A DNA stretch of 64,000 nucleotides from Oikopleura dioica (lineage: Eukaryota > Animalia > Chordata). Below are positions 59,903 to 64,000 of the stretch, in pieces. The notes beneath the pieces were generated by a model. That model saw only the letters and a list, made by a program, of their open reading frames with translations, was not told the origin of the DNA and searched no databases. Location: the NCBI GenBank assembly GCA_907165135.1, contig OU015569.1, forward strand, positions 5,456,001 through 5,520,000, written 5' to 3'. The position numbers and the translations under genes are program-made. Every line of letters begins with the position of its first letter. Position 1 is the first letter of the stretch.

Positions 59903-62110
59903 ATGGCGGAAAAGAGGGTCAAGAAGGAGCCAGGTCAGAATGAGGTCGAGTCCAAGAAAGCCAAATGGTCAAAGAAGACCACTGTGAAGAAAGAATTCAA
60001 GAAGGAAGATTCGAAGGGAAAAAAAGACTTCAAAAAAGGCAGGATAGTGAACGAGGACTCGTCTTTTACGCACCTTTAGGAGATAAAAAAGCCTTCAACA
60101 AGAACAAGAAAGACTTCAAGAAGAAAGACAATGAGGAGGAGAAGAAGGAACGAGATGCCAAGGCAATCAAACGAGAGCGGCAACGAAGAGAGGATCCTAA
60201 CTTTGATCTTCGATGCGAACTCAAGAAACTCTGGGAGAAGCTCAGAAATGCTGGTAAGTGCGTTTCATGATGGCAGGTTTTTGATCTACGCTTCAGAAAA
60301 GGCAGAAGATCGGGAAGCCTTTGTGGACACAATCTTCGAAAAGATCCGAGGAAGTGAAAAGGCCAATTTTCTTGACTTTGCTTACGCTCATGACACTACT
60401 CGAGTGCTCCAGAGTTGTCTTCAACACGGCACAGCGGCCCAGAGGCGAGTGATTTACGAAGAAGTGAAGCTAAAGGTGGCGGAAATGGCCCAGTCTAAAT
60501 ACGCGAGGAACATGGTCCTCAAGCTCATCAAGTACGGCGAGCGAGACATCAAAGACTACTGCATTGAAAATATGGGAAATGTCCGCAAGTTGGTCAGATC
60601 TTCCTTTGGACAGAGCATTTTAGGTGTGAAATTAAAAACAAAGCGATATTTCTACTTGTATTTCAGAATATGCTTACAACCAGTTCGCGCAAGCTGGTCA
60701 GCGAAACGGAATCGTCTCCAACTTGTACGGAAAGAGTTACAACAGACTCAGTAAGACTGAGAAAGAACCCACTCTGATCACCGTCATCGAGAAGAACGTC
60801 GACTTTATGGGTAAAAAGTCACTGCCGTCGTTAAATCGCATGATATAATATTTCAGAGACAATTTTGAAGGACTTCATGGAGGACCTCAAGGGGCTGACG
60901 GAAAAAGAAGTTATGCAGCAAACAGTTTCGCATAGAGCGTTTCTCGACTTCTTCAATCTCTGCCTTTATCTGCTAAGCTCGCCCAAGTTCAAGGAGAAAA
61001 GGTTTGTTTATTTCTTTGGTAGAGAAGTTGAATTTTAATGGTTCAGAAAACAGATTGAAGACATCCGATCGGAGTTGATCGAAGACTTGAAGGCATCTGT
61101 AATCCACATGATTCACACGCCAGACGGAGCCAAAGCTGGCCTCCACTGCCTCTGGTTCGGCACAGCAAAGGACCGAAAACTCATCTTGAAGACGTTGAAG
61201 GAATTTTTGGAGAAAGTAGCCACGTCGGAGTACGGACATCTCTTAATCTTGGGTGCCATGGATTCTGTAGATGACACTGTGCTAGTCAAGAAGCAACTCG
61301 TTCTCCCCCTTATCAAGGAGATTGACAAGCTCATCGGCGATAAAGGTATGCAATCCGCGGCGAGAGCTATTTTCCTACGTGAATATTAGTGGCGCGAAAG
61401 ATCTACTGGTACATTTTGAGCCCTCGCGATAGAAAGGCCTTCCTGCCAGACCAGATTAAACTGCTTGAAATCGGCGACGAAACGTTGACCTCGAAAAAGC
61501 CGCGACAAGTGAAGCACGAGGAAATTCAGGCTTCCGCTGTGCCCCTGATTCTCGAGTGGATCTCGGAAAATATCGATATCGTCCTCCACGAGCCCGCACA
61601 TTTGCCAATTTTGTGCGCAGCGTTCGACCACTCCGATGAGTCACAGATTATGAAGGGAACCGAAAATATTTTAGTAACGGCGCAAAGAGCACTTGCCAAA
61701 AAAGTAATCTCGTCTTTGAAGCTTGTTTTTTTGACATTTTACCGTTTAAGTTCAACGCTGAGTACGATGAAAGCCACATGCTCCATGGAAGAGGTGTTTC
61801 GATGACCCTGAAGAAAGTGTTGAAGCTGGACAAAGTGCGTGAAGAGTTCAAATTTTCGAAAGTTTTTGCTGAAGAATGTGTTAAATTGCTCCCCAAGCTA
61901 TTGAGTGACAACAGAGGTAGAAATCGATAATTTTCTAACTATTCAATTTTACTTCTAGGCTGCTTTTTGCTCCTTCAGTTGATTGAGACGGAGGACAAAG
62001 ATGTAATTGCGTTGATAAAGTCGGAAATCGAAGAGGAACTAAACAGAACGAAAAAGAATGTGACGAATACGAAGGGAGGCGAACTATTACTGAAGAGTGG
62101 TGTATTCTGA
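59903..62110 (+). CDS. PUM3: Pumilio homolog 3 / Puf6 / penguin (Puf-A family)
   Basis: Lysine-rich N-terminus; AYAHDTTRVLQSCLQHG, AQSKYARNMVLKLIKYG, MIHTPDGAKAGLHCLWFGTAKDRKLILKTLK; CPL-like ARKIYWYILSPRD. Confidence 0.93.
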
Positions 62111-62212
62111 AAAGTGTATTCCATCTGTAATTAATCTTGTTCCGCCGATTCTAGAACGCCTACTTATTTTCTTTCTTTTCAGAACTAAACATCGCATTAT
62201 TTGTCCAAGATA

Positions 62213-63111
62213 ATGGAGTCGCCACCGGGATGCACCTCTTCAGAGGAGGAAAAGAAGCCACAAATACTCAGTGAATCGAGCGACTTATTAACGCCGGATC
62301 AGAAAAAATCGCGGAAAAGACGAAAGAGAACGCGTAATCGGAATCGGCCAGGCACGAGAAATGTCTCATTTGACGAAGAGGGTAAAAACCACTCCCTAGC
62401 TTCCCTCTTTTATTATTTTGTTCAGTGACTGGTGTGTCTTCGCCATTCATCCCACACTCAAAAGTCGAAAAACGAGCTTACCGCGCAGAGTGCATCAATA
62501 GACCTAGAATACCTGCACCCGCAAACACTGGTGAGTCGTGAATTTAAGTCATTTTTGTGAATACGCGTGTTTAGGTTCCTTTATTGCTGATAATAACTCT
62601 TCCGATGGGGAATCAGAGCTCAAAGAGGTGGGAATCAATGAAGATTTCGACCGTGACTACCACTCGAGGCTCAATGACGAAATCCAAGGCGAACGAGAAA
62701 GGTATGCTTCCCTGCGTCTTAAATTGCTCAAAACCTTAAACTTTTACTTTCGCACTTTTATGATAACGCCCGAAAGAGGTTAGACTAACACTTAATCTCA
62801 GGTCAACACACGAAGAAAACGTGGCGAAGAGGCAAGACCAGCTGAAGGGACGACTGGAGTCGGCTAATTTAGAAATCGCGAGACTAAAAGAGAACGAGTT
62901 TAAGCTCGAGAACGAAAACGAAACCCTCCGCTCGAGAGTAAACGAACTCGAAGGCGAAGTGGCCAAGTTGAGAAAAATGAACAGAAATTACGTCTCCAGG
63001 CAGCGATCTCAAAGGTGACTCTAGCTCTTAGAAATCATCATTAATCCAGTTTCTAGCGAAAGCGGAGAGTCCGGTTACACTGGTGGAGCGATCAACGGAG
63101 GGATCATCTAA
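62213..63111 (+). CDS. HEXIM-like protein (divergent)
   Basis: Basic tract KKSRKRRKRTRNR, then RAYRAECINRPRIPAPANTGSFIAD (compare HEXIM RIRAEMFAKGQPVAPYNTTQFLMD), an acidic segment with EDFDRDY, and a C-terminal coiled coil; 5 exons. Confidence 0.55.
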
Positions 63112-63326
63112 TGATGCGACTCGAGAAAAGCTCGATTCGTACACTCACTACAGTTATATTTTACTATTCTTTCTTTTGGCCGCGACGGACCTTACTGCAA
63201 TCATCCATTCTCATTCAAGTTTAACTTTACTAAATGCTGTTTTAGTAACTGCCTTTCTTTCTAAATCAAGCAGATGCAAATTCAATACTTTTCTTTTCAA
63301 CTTTTCTATTTTCAGATCTTTCCAAA

Positions 63327-63822
63327 ATGCCGGAGACAAAGAAACCCGAGGTCAAGCGCGAGGAATACCGAAAATACCTCGGTAAGTCTAAAAAAAATAT
63401 TTTATCAAGTTAATGATTAATGCCATTTATTAGACAGCGCAGGAATTCTAGACGAACTCACCAAATTCCTCGTCACGCTCTACGAAGAGCCAGACAAACC
63501 ACAGGATGCCGTTGCCTACATGAAAAAGCTTCTCTGTGGAGGTGAGTCCTCCTTGATTTCTACTTGGGACTTACTTAAATTTGAGGTGAACCTGATGCGG
63601 CTGAGGTTGAAAACATGAAAAGCGAAATCGAGCAGCTCAAGGCTCAAGTAGAGGAACTAACTAAACGAGCAGAAGCTGCTGAGGCGAAAATCCTGGCGGC
63701 CACGCCAGCGGAGGCTGAGCCTTCAGCCCCAGAAGGTGAAGGTAAGCACGACACTAGTTTAACTCTTACTTCACATTTGAGGGAAAGAAGCGAAGCCCGA
63801 TGCGGAAGAGAAGAAAGAATAG
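63327..63822 (+). CDS. MYCBP: c-Myc-binding protein (AMY-1/FAP174-like)
   Basis: KREEYRKYLDSAGILDELTKFLVTLYEEPDKPQDAVAYMKKLL followed by a coiled coil; 4 exons. Confidence 0.92.
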
Positions 63823-64000
63823 ACCTCTCGTGCCAGTATGAAAAATTTTGAACTGAAAAATGACTCGAAAACACCAATATCGCTCTATTCCTGAAAAATG
63901 CTTTATCCGCTTTATATTATTAATAATTAACGTTTTCGTTCCATCAAAGAATTTTTCTCAAGCCCTACTTTCGAAATATTCAAATTAAACATCCAAAATA

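Noticed and set aside
1-64000. CRISPR arrays or prokaryotic defence systems
   Set aside because: No repeat-spacer arrays or cas-like ORFs; the window is eukaryotic throughout.

Overview
This is gene-dense eukaryotic DNA with many ~40-60 nt spliceosomal introns. An exact 40-nt Oikopleura-type spliced-leader exon (ACTCATCCCATTTTTGAGTCCGATTTCGATTGTCTAACAG|GTAAG) identifies it as larvacean tunicate DNA (Oikopleura dioica or a close relative). About 22 protein-coding genes can be reconstructed: TTLL3/8-like (partial), centrin, DGCR6-like, PRRC2-like, ETHE1, CALML4, a twin-Cx9C protein, MGME1, a UGT, chitin synthase, a chondroitin GalNAc-transferase-like gene, a bacterial-type phosphomannose-isomerase-like cupin, a degenerate carbohydrate sulfotransferase, DPYD, a GT10 fucosyltransferase, a ZP-domain protein, a tentative unassigned membrane protein, an anchored two-domain PDI, PRPF4, PUM3, a HEXIM-like gene and MYCBP. 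Several lie in operon-like runs with 74-215 nt spacers. Highlights: (1) a ~26 kb concentration of glycan-building or glycan-modifying enzymes, including an intron-bearing bacterial-type PMI-like gene (HGT candidate) directly upstream of a glycosyltransferase; (2) a ~1.85 kb palindrome carrying two convergent 5S rRNA + SL RNA units, with a MITE in the spacer; (3) a TTAA-flanked, Kolobok-like non-autonomous element in the intron that splits the chitin synthase Q|RRRW motif; (4) a HEXIM-like protein with PYNT changed to PANT; (5) several candidate GA-AG and GC-AG introns. Protein identities come from motifs recognised by eye and from memory of the families; no database search was run. Exon boundaries are manual reconstructions.
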